Counted from the stretch's first letter, positions 28,301 through 41,413 are shown. The stretch is 64,000 nucleotides of DNA from Eledone cirrhosa (GCA_964016885.1 OZ024743.1:56296001-56360000); one strand, 5' to 3'. Numbers and translations are program-made. The notes: generated from the letters alone by a model not told the origin.

Positions 28301-28400
28301 TTGACTACTGGGGTCGACTAGAAAAGCTAAAACTTTACTCACTCCAACGTCGCCGTGAGCGTTATATTATCTGCATGATGTGGAAAATGTTTCAGGAGGC
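25380..28400 (+). mobile_element. CR1-like LINE (ORF1 CCCH remnant + APE-RT ORF2), inactivated
   Basis: APE motifs LTESHL, GGTAIYV, MGDFNL, LDLIF, SDH; RT motifs NYRPISL, YLDF, GVPQGTVL, FADD; C-terminal LYSLQRRRER; stops at 25898 and 27245, frameshift ~28110. Confidence 0.9.
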
Positions 28401-28426
28401 TGGACTTGTGTAAATCCTTGAAAGGT

Positions 28427-28503
28427 TTATTATAATATGATCATTTCAATGACCGGGTTCCGTATGAATCCGGTGATATCATCAGGTATTCGAAATATAA
28501 TAA
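28427..28503 (-). ncRNA. Type I hammerhead motif (slightly degenerate)
   Basis: Minus: aatac CTGATGA tat caccgg...cccggt catt GAAA tgatcaTA ttataataa; palindromic ATGATCAT stem III; first stem I pair mismatched. Confidence 0.6.
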
Positions 28504-28712
28504 GTGAATGTAATAGATAAAATCCATGGGGCTGAAAATCAAAGATCCAAGGACGACCGCCATCCAGCATCTTCCACCTTTGCCGGTCGCCCTCAAGTGA
28601 CGTGGCAAAAGCTTACAGTGTGCTACTACCGGTCAAATAAAGAAAACTATATATATATATATATATAAAATATATATTTTATGCGATTCTTTGCTTAAAC
28701 TTTAATCTGTTA

Positions 28713-28769
<57 letters not shown>

Positions 28770-28771
28770 AA

Positions 28772-28802
<31 letters not shown>

Positions 28803-29019
28803 TAAAATATATATCTATATATATAAAATAAATATATATATATATAAATATATATATATATAAAAATATATATATATATGAAATTGGAATAAATGCTCTG
28901 AAATAGCGATATATATGTGAATATAGACATAGAATATTCGAAAATATTCTGTATGTTTATAATAAACATTTTGAAGACCTAATCGCTATAGAATAGAATA
29001 CGTCACGTATTACAATTAG

Positions 29020-31528
29020 ATTCTCGATAAAAGCAAGGGAAGTAATCTACGCGTTTCATTCTCGTTAGAAATCATCAGGACTACATATCCAGTGCTTTTA
29101 TCGAGAATGACACAGCTAGAGACTTATAGAATACTTAGCTGTGTACAGGAACTGGTTTGAAAGAGCGGTTGCCGGTCCGGCAGAAATTAGAAATTGGAAT
29201 AAATGCTCTGAAATAGCGATATATATGTGAATATAGACATAGAATATTCGAAAATATTCTGTATGTTTATAATAAACATTTTGAAGACCTAATCGCTATA
29301 GAATAGAATACGTCACGTATTACAATTAGATTCTCGATAAAAGCAAGGGAAGTAATCTACGCGTTTCATTCTCGTTAGAAATCATCAGGACTACATATCC
29401 AGTGCTTTTATCGAGAATGACACAGCTAGAGACTTATAGAATACTTAGCTGTGTACAGGAACTGGTTTGAAAGAGCGGTTGCCGGTCCGGCAGAAATTAG
29501 AAATTGGAATAAATGCTCTGAAATAGCGATATATATGTGAATATAGACATAGAATATTCGAAAATATTCTGTATGTTTATAATAAACATTTTGAAGACCT
29601 AATCGCTATAGAATAGAATACGTCACGTATTACAATTAGATTCTCGATAAAAGCAAGGGAAGTAATCTACGCGTTTCATTCTCGTTAGAAATCATCAGGA
29701 CTACATATCCAGTGCTTTTATCGAGAATGACACAGCTAGAGACTTATAGAATACTTAGCTGTGTACAGGAACTGGTTTGAAAGAGCGGTTGCCGGTCCGG
29801 CAGAAATTAGAAATTGGAATAAATGCTCTGAAATAGCGATATATATGTGAATATAGACATAGAATATTCGAAAATATTCTGTATGTTTATAATAAACATT
29901 TTGAAGACCTAATCGCTATAGAATAGAATACGTCACGTATTACAATTAGATTCTCGATAAAAGCAAGGGAAGTAATCTACGCGTTTCATTCTCGTTAGAA
30001 ATCATCAGGACTACATATCCAGTGCTTTTATCGAGAATGACACAGCTAGAGACTTATAGAATACTTAGCTGTGTACAGGAACTGGTTTGAAAGAGCGGTT
30101 GCCGGTCCGGCAGAAATTAGAAATTGGAATAAATGCTCTGAAATAGCGATATATATGTGAATATAGACATAGAATATTCGAAAATATTCTGTATGTTTAT
30201 AATAAACATTTTGAAGACCTAATCGCTATAGAATAGAATACGTCACGTATTACAATTAGATTCTCGATAAAAGCAAGGGAAGTAATCTACGCGTTTCATT
30301 CTCGTTAGAAATCATCAGGACTACATATCCAGTGCTTTTATCGAGAATGACACAGCTAGAGACTTATAGAATACTTAGCTGTGTACAGGAACTGGTTTGA
30401 AAGAGCGGTTGCCGGTCCGGCAGAAATTAGAAATTGGAATAAATGCTCTGAAATAGCGATATATATGTGAATATAGACATAGAATATTCGAAAATATTCT
30501 GTATGTTTATAATAAACATTTTGAAGACCTAATCGCTATAGAATAGAATACGTCACGTATTACAATTAGATTCTCGATAAAAGCAAGGGAAGTAATCTAC
30601 GCGTTTCATTCTCGTTAGAAATCATCAGGACTACATATCCAGTGCTTTTATCGAGAATGACACAGCTAGAGACTTATAGAATACTTAGCTGTGTACAGGA
30701 ACTGGTTTGAAAGAGCGGTTGCCGGTCCGGCAGAAATTAGAAATTGGAATAAATGCTCTGAAATAGCGATATATATGTGAATATAGACATAGAATATTCG
30801 AAAATATTCTGTATGTTTATAATAAACATTTTGAAGACCTAATCGCTATAGAATAGAATACGTCACGTATTACATCAGGACTACATATCCAGTGCTTTTA
30901 TCGAGAATGACACAGCTAGAGACTTATAGAATACTTAGCTGTGTACAGGAACTGGTTTGAAAGAGCGGTTGCCGGTCCGGCAGAAATTAGAAATTGGAAT
31001 AAATGCTCTGAAATAGCGATATATATGTGAATATAGACATAGAATATTCGAAAATATTCTGTATGTTTATAATAAACATTTTGAAGACCTAATCGCTATA
31101 GAATAGAATACGTCACGTATTACAATTAGATTCTCGATAAAAGCAAGGGAAGTAATCTACGCGTTTCATTCTCGTTAGAAATCATCAGGACTACATATCC
31201 AGTGCTTTTATCGAGAATGACACAGCTAGAGACTTATAGAATACTTAGCTGTGTACAGGAACTGGTTTGAAAGAGCGGTTGCCGGTCCGGCAGAAATTAG
31301 AAATTGGAATAAATGCTCTGAAATAGCGATATATATGTGAATATAGACATAGAATATTCGAAAATATTCTGTATGTTTATAATAAACATTTTGAAGACCT
31401 AATAGCTATAGAATAGAATACGTCACGTATTACAATTAGATTCTCGATAAAAGCAAGGGAAGTAATCTACGCGTTTCATTCTCGTTAGAAATCATCAGGA
31501 CTACATATCCAGTGCTTTTATCGAGAAT
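29020..31528 (-). ncRNA. Eight intact hammerhead ribozymes, left arm (29020-29108, 29330, 29640, 29950, 30260, 30570, 31130, 31440; 89 nt each)
   Basis: Reverse complement of the 31822-31910 motif in each intact unit. Confidence 0.88.
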
Positions 31529-31821
31529 GACACAGCTAGAGACTTATAGAATACTTAGCTGTGTACAGGAACTGGTTTGAAAGAGCGGTTGCCGGTCCGG
31601 CAGAAATTAGAAATTGGAATAAATGCTCTGAAATAGCGATATATATGTGAATATTTATTATAAACATACAGAATATTTTCGAATATTCTATGTCTATATT
31701 CACATATATATCGCTATTTCAGAGCATTTATTCCAATTTCTAATTTCTGCCGGACCGGCAACCGCTCTTTCAAACCAGTTCCTGTACACAGCTAAGTATT
31801 CTATAAGTCTCTAGCTGTGTC

Positions 31822-32840
31822 ATTCTCGATAAAAGCACTGGATATGTAGTCCTGATGATTTCTAACGAGAATGAAACGCGTAGATTACTTCCCTTGCTTT
31901 TATCGAGAATCTAATTGTAATACGTGACGTATTCTATTCTATAGCGATTAGGTCTTCAAAATGTTTATTATAAACATACAGAATATTTTCGAATATTCTA
32001 TGTCTATATTCACATATATATCGCTATTTCAGAGCATTTATTCCAATTTCTAATTTCTGCCGGACCGGCAACCGCTCTTTCAAACCAGTTCCTGTACACA
32101 GCTAAGTATTCTATAAGTCTCTAGCTGTGTCATTCTCGATAAAAGCACTGGATATGTAGTCCTGATGATTTCTAACGAGAATGAAACGCGTAGATTACTT
32201 CCCTTGCTTTTATCGAGAATCTAATTGTAATACGTGACGTATTCTATTCTATAGCGATTAGGTCTTCAAAATGTTTATTATAAACATACAGAATATTTTC
32301 GAATATTCTATGTCTATATTCACATATATATCGCTATTTCAGAGCATTTATTCCAATTTCTAATTTCTGCCGGACCGGCAACCGCTCTTTCAAACCAGTT
32401 CCTGTACACAGCTAAGTATTCTATAAGTCTCTAGCTGTGTCATTCTCGATAAAAGCACTGGATATGTAGTCCTGATGATTTCTAACGAGAATGAAACGCG
32501 TAGATTACTTCCCTTGCTTTTATCGAGAATCTAATTGTAATACGTGACGTATTCTATTCTATAGCGATTAGGTCTTCAAAATGTTTATTATAAACATACA
32601 GAATATTTTCGAATATTCTATGTCTATATTCACATATATATCGCTATTTCAGAGCATTTATTCCAATTTCTAATTTCTGCCGGACCGGCAACCGCTCTTT
32701 CAAACCAGTTCCTGTACACAGCTAAGTATTCTATAAGTCTCTAGCTGTGTCATTCTCGATAAAAGCACTGGATATGTAGTCCTGATGATTTCTAACGAGA
32801 ATGAAACGCGTAGATTACTTCCCTTGCTTTTATCGAGAAT
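31822..32840 (+). ncRNA. Four hammerhead ribozymes, right arm (31822-31910, 32132-32220, 32442-32530, 32752-32840)
   Basis: attctcgataaaagca..gtagtc CTGATGA tttct aacg agaat GAAA cgcGTA gattac..tgcttttatcgagaat: 16-bp + 6-bp stem I, 4-bp stem II, palindromic ACGCGT stem III. Confidence 0.9.
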
Positions 32841-33083
32841 CTAATTGTAATACGTGACGTATTCTATTCTATAGCGATTAGGTCTTCAAAATGTTTATTA
32901 TAAACATACAGAATATTTTCGAATATTCTATGTCTATATTCACATATATATATATATATATAAAATATATATATATATATAAAATATATATATATATATA
33001 TAAAATATATATATATATATAAAATATATATATATATATTTTATATATATATATTTTATATATATATATATTTTATATATATA

Positions 33084-33128
<45 letters not shown>

Positions 33129-33233
33129 ATATATATATTTTATATATATATATATTTTATATATATATATATATATTTTATATATATATATATTATATAT
33201 ATATATATTTTATATATATATATATTTTATATA

Positions 33234-33292
<59 letters not shown>

Positions 33293-33441
33293 CAAATAAC
33301 GAAACGAAATTAAATTTCGTTTCGCTTCTAACTCACTTTTGTATGACTGACGCTTAAACAATTAAGTTAAAGTTCTATGCAAATTAGTCTACCCACTACT
33401 AATTTTCATAGAAAAAGCATATAACGATATGTGCTTTTACA

Positions 33442-33536
33442 ATTCTCCAGAGAAGCCGGAAGATGGGTAAATATTGCTGATGAGATGTAATAACATCGAA
33501 ACTAGTCCAATATTCCTGTCTGGCCCTCTGGAGAAT
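33442..33536 (+). ncRNA. Canonical type I hammerhead ribozyme in a ~350-bp non-coding insert in (TA)n
   Basis: aatattg CTGATGA gatgt aata acatc GAAA ctaGTC caatatt; extended stem attctccagag/ctctggagaat. Confidence 0.92.
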
Positions 33537-33939
33537 AGAGGAAATGTGTTTCCTTGAAAACTCGTATGACTCTAAAACCCGGTCCGCCTGTGTGGTTACA
33601 TACAGACTAGCTGACACTCACTGTAAAGTGTCTAGTGAAAAGCTGAGTACATGTACATATGTATACATGTGTGTATTTATATGCATACTAATACTTCCGT
33701 ATACATATGTAGATGTACACTTTAACTTAATTATATATATATATATTATATATATATATATTTTATATATATATTTTATATATATATATATATTTTTTAT
33801 ATATATATATATTTTATATATATATATATATATATTTTATATATATATATATATTTTATATATATATATATATTTTATATATATATATATATTGTATATA
33901 TATATATATTTTATATGTATATATATTTTATATATATAT

Positions 33940-36900
33940 GTGTATTTTGGGTATGACATTAAACTACATCCAGTGGCAAGGCTCCAGTTCGGGAGTTCAG
34001 GAGATGTGGGGAATGTGGAGTTACCCCCTAGTTGTCATGACTCCCAGGTCTGCCCTGGCCCGGGGTGGTAGTACCTGTTAGGGCTCCATTTATAGGTTAA
34101 ATAACTACCTTATTCGAGTGGCGCCGGTAAGGTATTGTCAGCCATTGAAAAGAAATATGGAGAGTCGATCTAACAGCACTAGGGTTAGAGCCCCTAATTA
34201 CACTGTCAAGGAGCAGCCTGGTCGTTATGACTCTGCTGGCTTAGAGCCACAGAGAGGGCCAGTGGATGATGGATCAGCTGTCTCTGAGACAAATATAAAG
34301 AATGCAGTTTTGTCCTGCAGAAGAGCCATCAAAATGGGCACTTTGAATGTGAGGACTATTCGGACGCTGGAGAGGAGTTGGGACATCTGTTCGAGGAGAG
34401 TGGTATACAGATACTTGCGATCCAAGAACACAGGATTCTACACGATGAGCCCGTGAGGAGTGTGATGATCGGGAGGAAGAGCCAGCTCATCACTACATCG
34501 GCAGTGAAGAACACAACAAATGCTGCAGTAGGAGGAGTGGGTTTTGTGTTCAGTGCAAAAACCAATCTGTTGGTGAGGGAAATAATGCCTATCTCCCCGC
34601 GAGTGTTGAGGTTGACCTTCAATGGAAACCCAAGACTGACAGTCATCTCAGCCTATAGTCCAACCGAGGGGGACAGTGATGTGAATGCGGAAGAGTTCCA
34701 AGAGGAGGTGTGTAGAGCTGTCAACACCACTCAGGCACACAATATCCTGCTTGTTTTGGGGGACTTCAATGCACATCTGAGTAAGGAGGGCAGTGAATAT
34801 CCTTGCTGGTACTTCCATAACAACACCAACCGAAGACTACTGAGAGACACCCTGCTGGAGGCGAACTTGATGGCGACCAACCTAAGGTTTAGGAAGAATC
34901 TGGGGAAGATGTGGACCTACATCTCAGATATGCACCTGTCCAAGTCCCAGATTGATTTCATTCTGGTGAGGAAAAAGTGGCGGAATAGTGTTCTGAACAC
35001 GGAACCATACAGCTATTTCAGTACACTGGGTAGTGTCCACCGGCTTGTTATGAGTGAGGTCCACTTGAGCTTAAGAAAGAGCAAGGCTCAGCCCCGGAGA
35101 ACAATCTATGACTGGGGAGCTTTCAAGGAAGATGATAAGCTACAGGAGAGGTTCACAGTGGAAGTGAGAAACAGGTTTAGTGCTCTGTGTGGAGAGTCAG
35201 AGGAGAGAGAGATTGGATGAACTGAGGAGAGTGTGACGAGGAGGTACAGGCACTTCACCAATGCAGTGGCGGAAGCAAGTGAAACCCTGGTGCCGAGGAA
35301 AAAGAACAAAGGGAAGCACGTCAGCTCTGCAAACCCAAAAGTGTGAGCAGCCAGAGAACACCTGAAAGCTGCCAGGGACCAATTCTATGCTGATCCTACG
35401 GAGGAGAGGATGGAGACTGTGGAGGTGATGAGGGAAGAGCTCTGTACCACTTACACTGAGGTCAGAGAGGAGGTACTGATAGAGAAGATCAGAAGTGTGG
35501 AGAGAGCGGTTGACAGATCTAGATGTAAGGAGAGCTGGATGATCATCAGCGAGATCACAGGGAGGAAGAGAAGGTGTTCGAGTCAGATCCAAGGAACAGG
35601 GCCCGAGGATAGGAAGAGGAAATGGCTAGACCATTTTAAGACCCTACTAGGAGAGCCACTCTCCACGGCCCAGAGCACTGGGGAGATCAGGCGGCTGTTT
35701 GAGGAACTGGATGTTGAGACAGAGCCCTTCACCAGAGAGCAGCTTCAGAGAACCAAGAAGAGGATCAAGGAGGGCAAGGCTCATGGAGAAGATGGAGTGG
35801 CATCAGAGGTGATGAAGAGGTGTGATTTTGATGATATCATCCTGGGGTTCTGTAACGGGGCACTGGAGAAAGGAGTTGCCCCGAATCAGTGGAGGATCAG
35901 TAACATCGTCCCAGTGCCAAAGAGGGGAGATCTCTCTAACACCAACAACTACCGGGGGATCTCACTGACGTCACTTGTGGCAAAGACCCTCAACAGGATG
36001 ATTCTTAACAGGATCCAGCCTGAGATGGAGAAGAAGCTCAGGGACAACCAGAACGGCTTCAGAGAGGGTAGATCAACCACCAGTCACATCCTGATGCTGA
36101 GGAGGATATTAGAGGGAGCTAGAGCAAAGTGCCTTCCTGCGGTCATGGTTTTCATTGACTTTAGGAAGGCCTTTGATTCTGTGGACCGTTACTGCCTGAT
36201 GAAGATCTTACCAGCTTATGGAATCCCCAAGAGGATAGTGGACCTGATATCACTGCTCTACACCAACACCAAAGCCCAAGTCATTACACCTGATGGGATG
36301 ACAGAGTTCTTTGAGATACTGGCTGGAGTGCTCCAGGGAGATACATTGGCTCCCTACCTTTTTATCATCGTAGTGGACTATTGTATGCGCCTTGCACTGG
36401 AGAAACACCAGGACTCTGGCTTTACTGTAGCACCGGCTCAGAGCAGGAGAGTTAGGGCGAAAAAGGTATCGGATGCTGAATTTGCCGACGACATAGTTTT
36501 GGTGACAAATACAGTGAAGGGGGCAGAGGATTTGATGCGGGAGGTTGAGACTGTGTCGATGAGTGTGGGGCTGAGAATGAATGAGACTAAAACAAAATAT
36601 CTGGTAGAGAATGTTGAGAAGCCAGAGGGGATCACTAATGTAGGCGGGAAGTCGCTGGAATTGGTTGAGGACTTCCTGTATTTGGGAGCAAAGATTGGGA
36701 ATACGGAAGATGATGTGGTTGAGAGGAAGAGCAAGGCCTGGGCGGCGTGCCACAGCTTGAGATCGGTGTGGAAGTCAGACCTTCGTAGAAACCTGAAAGT
36801 CCGCCTCTTCATTGCTGTAGTGGAGTCTGTGCTGCTGTATGGGTCTGAGACTTGGACACTGACCAAGAAACTCACTCAGATGGTGGATGGGTGCTACACG

Positions 36901-37250
36901 AGAATGCTGAGGATGGCTCTGAACATTAATCAGTATACACTGAGGATGAAAAACTCAGAGCTGTATGGGAGCATCCCAAAAGTCAGCTCAAGTGACACAG
37001 AGGAGACTGAGGTTGGCTGGACATGCTCACCGACATCCAGAGTTGACATTGCACTCAGTGCTCCTTTGGGAGCCCCTACATGGACACACTAGAAGAGGAA
37101 GACCAAGGTTAACGTATGTTGATGCCCTAAGGACAGACACTGGTCTCTTGGAGATGCATGACATGGCAGCGATAATGAGGGACAGAGACCGCTGGAGAGA
37201 ACTCATCCATGGATCTCGGGAATTTTACCCGCCTTAGATAGATAGATATA
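33940..37250 (+). mobile_element. Near full-length RTE-clade LINE (APE + RT), inactivated
   Basis: GTLNVRT, AIQEH, AYSPT, LGDFNA, QIDFIL; NYRGISL, FIDFRKAFDSV, GVLQGDTLAP, FADD, YGSETW; stops at 35218 and ~35344, frameshifts ~34375 and ~36990; (TAGA)n tail. Confidence 0.92.
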
Positions 37251-37284
37251 TTTTATATATATATATATATATTTTATATATATA

Positions 37285-37323
<39 letters not shown>

Positions 37324-37451
37324 TTAATATATATATATTATTTATATATATATATTATTTATATATATATATTATTTATATATATATATATTTTATATCT
37401 ATATATATTTTATATATATATATTGTATATATATATATATATTATATATAT

Positions 37452-37512
37452 ACTCTTTTACTCTTTTACCTGTTTCAGCCATCCGGCTGAGGCCATGCTG
37501 GGGCACCGCCCT
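37452..37512. mobile_element. Octopus-type SINE terminal fragment
   Basis: tactcttttacctgtttcagccatccggctgaggccatgctggggcaccgcc matches, from memory, a very common octopus repeat end. Confidence 0.55.
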
Positions 37513-37679
37513 TGATATATATATATTATATATATATATATATATATTTTTTATATATATATATATTTTATATATATATATATTTTATATATATACATAT
37601 ATTTTATATATATATATATATATATTTTATATATATATATATATTTTTTATATATATATATTTTATATATATATATATG

Positions 37680-40460
37680 TTGTGTTGTGTCTGTTGTTAA
37701 CACTAAATCCCTCCCCCATGAAGAATGCACCTCCCAACATAGACTGATAATTAGCGACCTCATAGTCAGGACGAGACGTACTCGACAACAGAAGAGGACT
37801 ATCCTCAGGAGGAAAATATGGAAGCTAAAGGACCCCACAGCCAGGAATAAATTTCAAAGCATATTACTTGATGCTTTCGACAGTAAGGAAGAACATTTAG
37901 AGTCGGACAATATAGAGGGAGAGTGGGAATTTCTGAAAGCAAACCTGCTGTTGGCGACAGACGAGGTCTGTGGCTGGAGCAGGCCTGTAGGCAGGAGGAG
38001 AGTAACATGGTGGTGGAACAGTAAGGTGGAGGGGTCAATTAAGGCCAAAAAGCAGGCTTGGAAAGTATGGCGGGATGGGGGAAGTAGAGAGGACTATCAA
38101 GTGGCCAGGAGGGAAGCTAGGAGACAAGTGTACTTAGCAAGAAGGGAAGCTGAGGAAAGAAAGTTCAAGCATGTTCTACAACGCGATGACCAAAAACGTG
38201 AGGTGTTCAGGATTGCTAGGCAATGCGTCAAGGAAAACCGTGATATTGTCGGGGAGAAGTGTGTACTAAACGACGATGGCACACTTGCCATCACCGACGC
38301 TGATAAGAAGGTAGCTTGGAAGTGTCACTATGAAAGGCTTCTAAATGAGGAGAATAATTGGGAGAAAGGCAGTCTCCCCCATATCGACCCAATAGAGGGA
38401 CCAGCAGTGTTAGTCGAGGGGAGTATAATAAGTAAGGCAATCAAGGATATGAAGACTGGTAAGGCGGCTGGGCCTTCGGAAATAGTTGCTGAGATGCTGA
38501 AGGCATCTGGCACGGTGGGACACACCATGGTCACCCGCATAGTTAACCAAGTCGTACAGAACGGGGTTGTTCCGAAGGACTGGCATAGCAGCATCATCGT
38601 TAACTGTTATAAGGGTAAAGGAGACGCCCTAGATAGGAGTAACTATAGAGGCATTAAATTAATCGACCAGGTCATGAAGGTCACGGAAAGAGTAATAGCG
38701 CAACTAATCAGAGAGAGAATTGACCTAGATGAAATGCAGTTCGGGTTTGTGTCAGGCAAAAGTACCACAGACGCTCTTTTCATAGTACGACAACTACAAG
38801 AGAAGTACCTAGCTAAAGGTAAACCCCTCTACTTAGCTTTTGTCGACTTGGAGAAAGCCTTCGACAGAGTCCCCCGCTCCATTATCTGGTGGGCTCTTAG
38901 AAAACTAGGCGTTGACGAATGGCTTGTGAGGGCTATACAAGCCATGTATAAAGAAACAGTCAGCAAGGTTAGAATTAACAACGAATATAGTGAAGAGTTT
39001 AGCGTAAAAGTCGGCGTCCATCAGGGCTCTGTTCTCAGTCCACTACTATTTATTATTGCCCTTCAGGCCATAACAGAGGAGTTCAAGACAGGCTGCCCAT
39101 GGGAACTCCTATACGCAGACGACCTGACACTCATAGCGGAATCAATGGCCGAGCTAGAGAAGAAATTCCAAACATGGAAGCACGGCCTAGAGTCAAAAGG
39201 ACTTAAAATTAACCTGGCTAAGACCAAAGTACTAGTTTGTAGGAAAGAAAACAAGGCGGCGGTCCCTTCTGGGAAATGGTCGTGCTCGGTGTGTAGGAAA
39301 GGCGTAGGTAGAAACTCCATTTTATGTCCTAAATGCAAAGTATGGGTGCATAAAAGATGTAGTGGGATCACAGGTAGGCTAACTAAGAACATAGATTTTA
39401 CATGTGGCCGGTGCTCTGGTGCAATAAGTAGCAGCAAGTGCCCACAAACTACTAGCTCTTTCAATTGCGCAGAGGGTTCTATAGAAATAGTGGACAGCTT
39501 CCGTTACCTGGGCGATAAAATCAGCAGTGGGGGAGGGTGCTCTGAAAGTACTGTAGCTAGAGTCAGAACTGGTTGGAAAAAGTTCAGAGAGCTTATACCA
39601 CTATTAGCTGCTAAAGGGTTCTCACTAAAAATGAAAGGCAGGTTGTACGATGCCTGCATACGAACAGCAATGCTGCATGGCAGTGAGACCTGGGCATTGT
39701 GTGCAGAGGATATACGCAGACTAGAGAGGAACGAAGCTTGCATGCTCCGCTGGATGTGTAACAGTAATATACGTGAACGGCAAAGCATAAACGAACTAAG
39801 GAATAAATTAGAGATAAGAGGGATCAGATGTTGTTTACTCGAGAGAAGGCTACGTTGGTATGGACACGTGATGCGCATGAAAGTCGATAGCTGTATAACA
39901 AAGTGCAGGGCAATAAAGATAGACGGTAGTCACGGAATAGGCAGACCTAGAAAAACCTGGGACGAGCTGATAAACTCCGACATCACACACTTACACCTCT
40001 CCAAGACAATGTCACTGGACCGAGACCTTTGGCGGTACTCAGTAACAGAGAAGACCCGCCTTACCTAAATATATAGTAAAACCTACTCCAGCCAGTAGGC
40101 ATCTCTAACAAAATACACCCCGTCCCACCACCCCCACCCGATCCACACCACCCCGTTCTATGTAAAGTTATGTTGGTGCCGCGCCATCGAGGCCGAAACA
40201 AATGAGATCGTGTAGGTGTCACGACAAAAAAACACACAGTCCACGCTGTAATGTGGCCGTGTAGGCAACACGGTAAAAACCTCCCAGACCCACACTGTAA
40301 ATGTAGTTGGTGTTAGGAAGGGCATCCAACTGTAGAAAACCTGCCAGACAGTCCTATGCGAGCAAGACAATCACTCTTGCCTCAAGTGGGACTACCCCCG
40401 TCCAAACCCATGCAAGCGTGGAACACGGACGTTAAACGTTGATGATGATGATGATGATGA
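37680..40460 (+). mobile_element. 5'-truncated RTE LINE with uninterrupted 793-aa ORF (RT plus PHD-like finger) and (GAT)n tail
   Basis: NYRGIKL, FVDLEKAFDRV, GVHQGSVLSP, LYADD, CSVC..SILCPKCKVWVHKRC...FTCGRC, RLRWYGHV. Confidence 0.93.
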
Positions 40461-40942
40461 TATGTATTATATATATATATATTTTATATATATATATATA
40501 TTTTAAATATATATATATATATATATTTTATATATATATATATTTTATATATATATATATTTTATATATATATATATATATTATATATATATATATTTTA
40601 TATATATATATAATTTATATATATATATTATTTATATATATATATTATTTATATATATATATATTTTATATATATATATTGTATATATATATATATTTTA
40701 TATATATATATTTTATATATATATATATTGTATATATATATATATTTTATATATATATATTTTATATATATATATATATATATATTTTATATATATATAT
40801 TTTATATATATATATATATTTTATATATATATATTTTATATATATATATATATTTTATATATATATATATTTTATATATATATATTTTATATATATATAT
40901 ATTTTATATATATATATATTTCATATATATATATTATATATA

Positions 40943-40981
<39 letters not shown>

Positions 40982-40992
40982 TTATATATATA

Positions 40993-41057
<65 letters not shown>

Positions 41058-41172
41058 ATATATATATATATTTTATATATAAATATATTTTATATATATA
41101 TATATTTTATATATATATATATAGTTTATATATATATATAGTTTATATATATATATATTTTATATATATATA

Positions 41173-41204
<32 letters not shown>

Positions 41205-41327
41205 TTTATATATATATATATATATATATTTTATATATATTATATATATATATATTATATATATATATATATATGTATATTATATATATATATATATATT
41301 ATATATATATATTTTATATATATATTT

Positions 41328-41413
<86 letters not shown>

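Larger units (their letters stand above)
28881..32951. repeat. 310-bp tandem array with hammerhead ribozymes (retrozyme-like), inverted at 31654/31655
   Basis: Left units start 28881, 29191, 29501, 29811, 30121, 30431, 30741 (250 bp, deletion), 30991, 31301, 31611 (partial); right arm reverse-complement units 31740, 32050, 32360, 32670 (partial); bounded by (TA)n. Confidence 0.97.

Noticed and set aside
29168-29185. gccggtcc resembling a twister ribozyme loop
   Set aside because: Forms a simple hairpin; other twister elements are absent
28881-32951. CRISPR array or protein-coding repeat
   Set aside because: Units are identical end to end with no unique spacers, no cas genes, eukaryotic context and no long ORF
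33945-34100. HDV-like ribozyme at the RTE 5' end
   Set aside because: Could not build a consistent P1/P2/P3/P1.1 nested pseudoknot by eye; needs a covariance-model search
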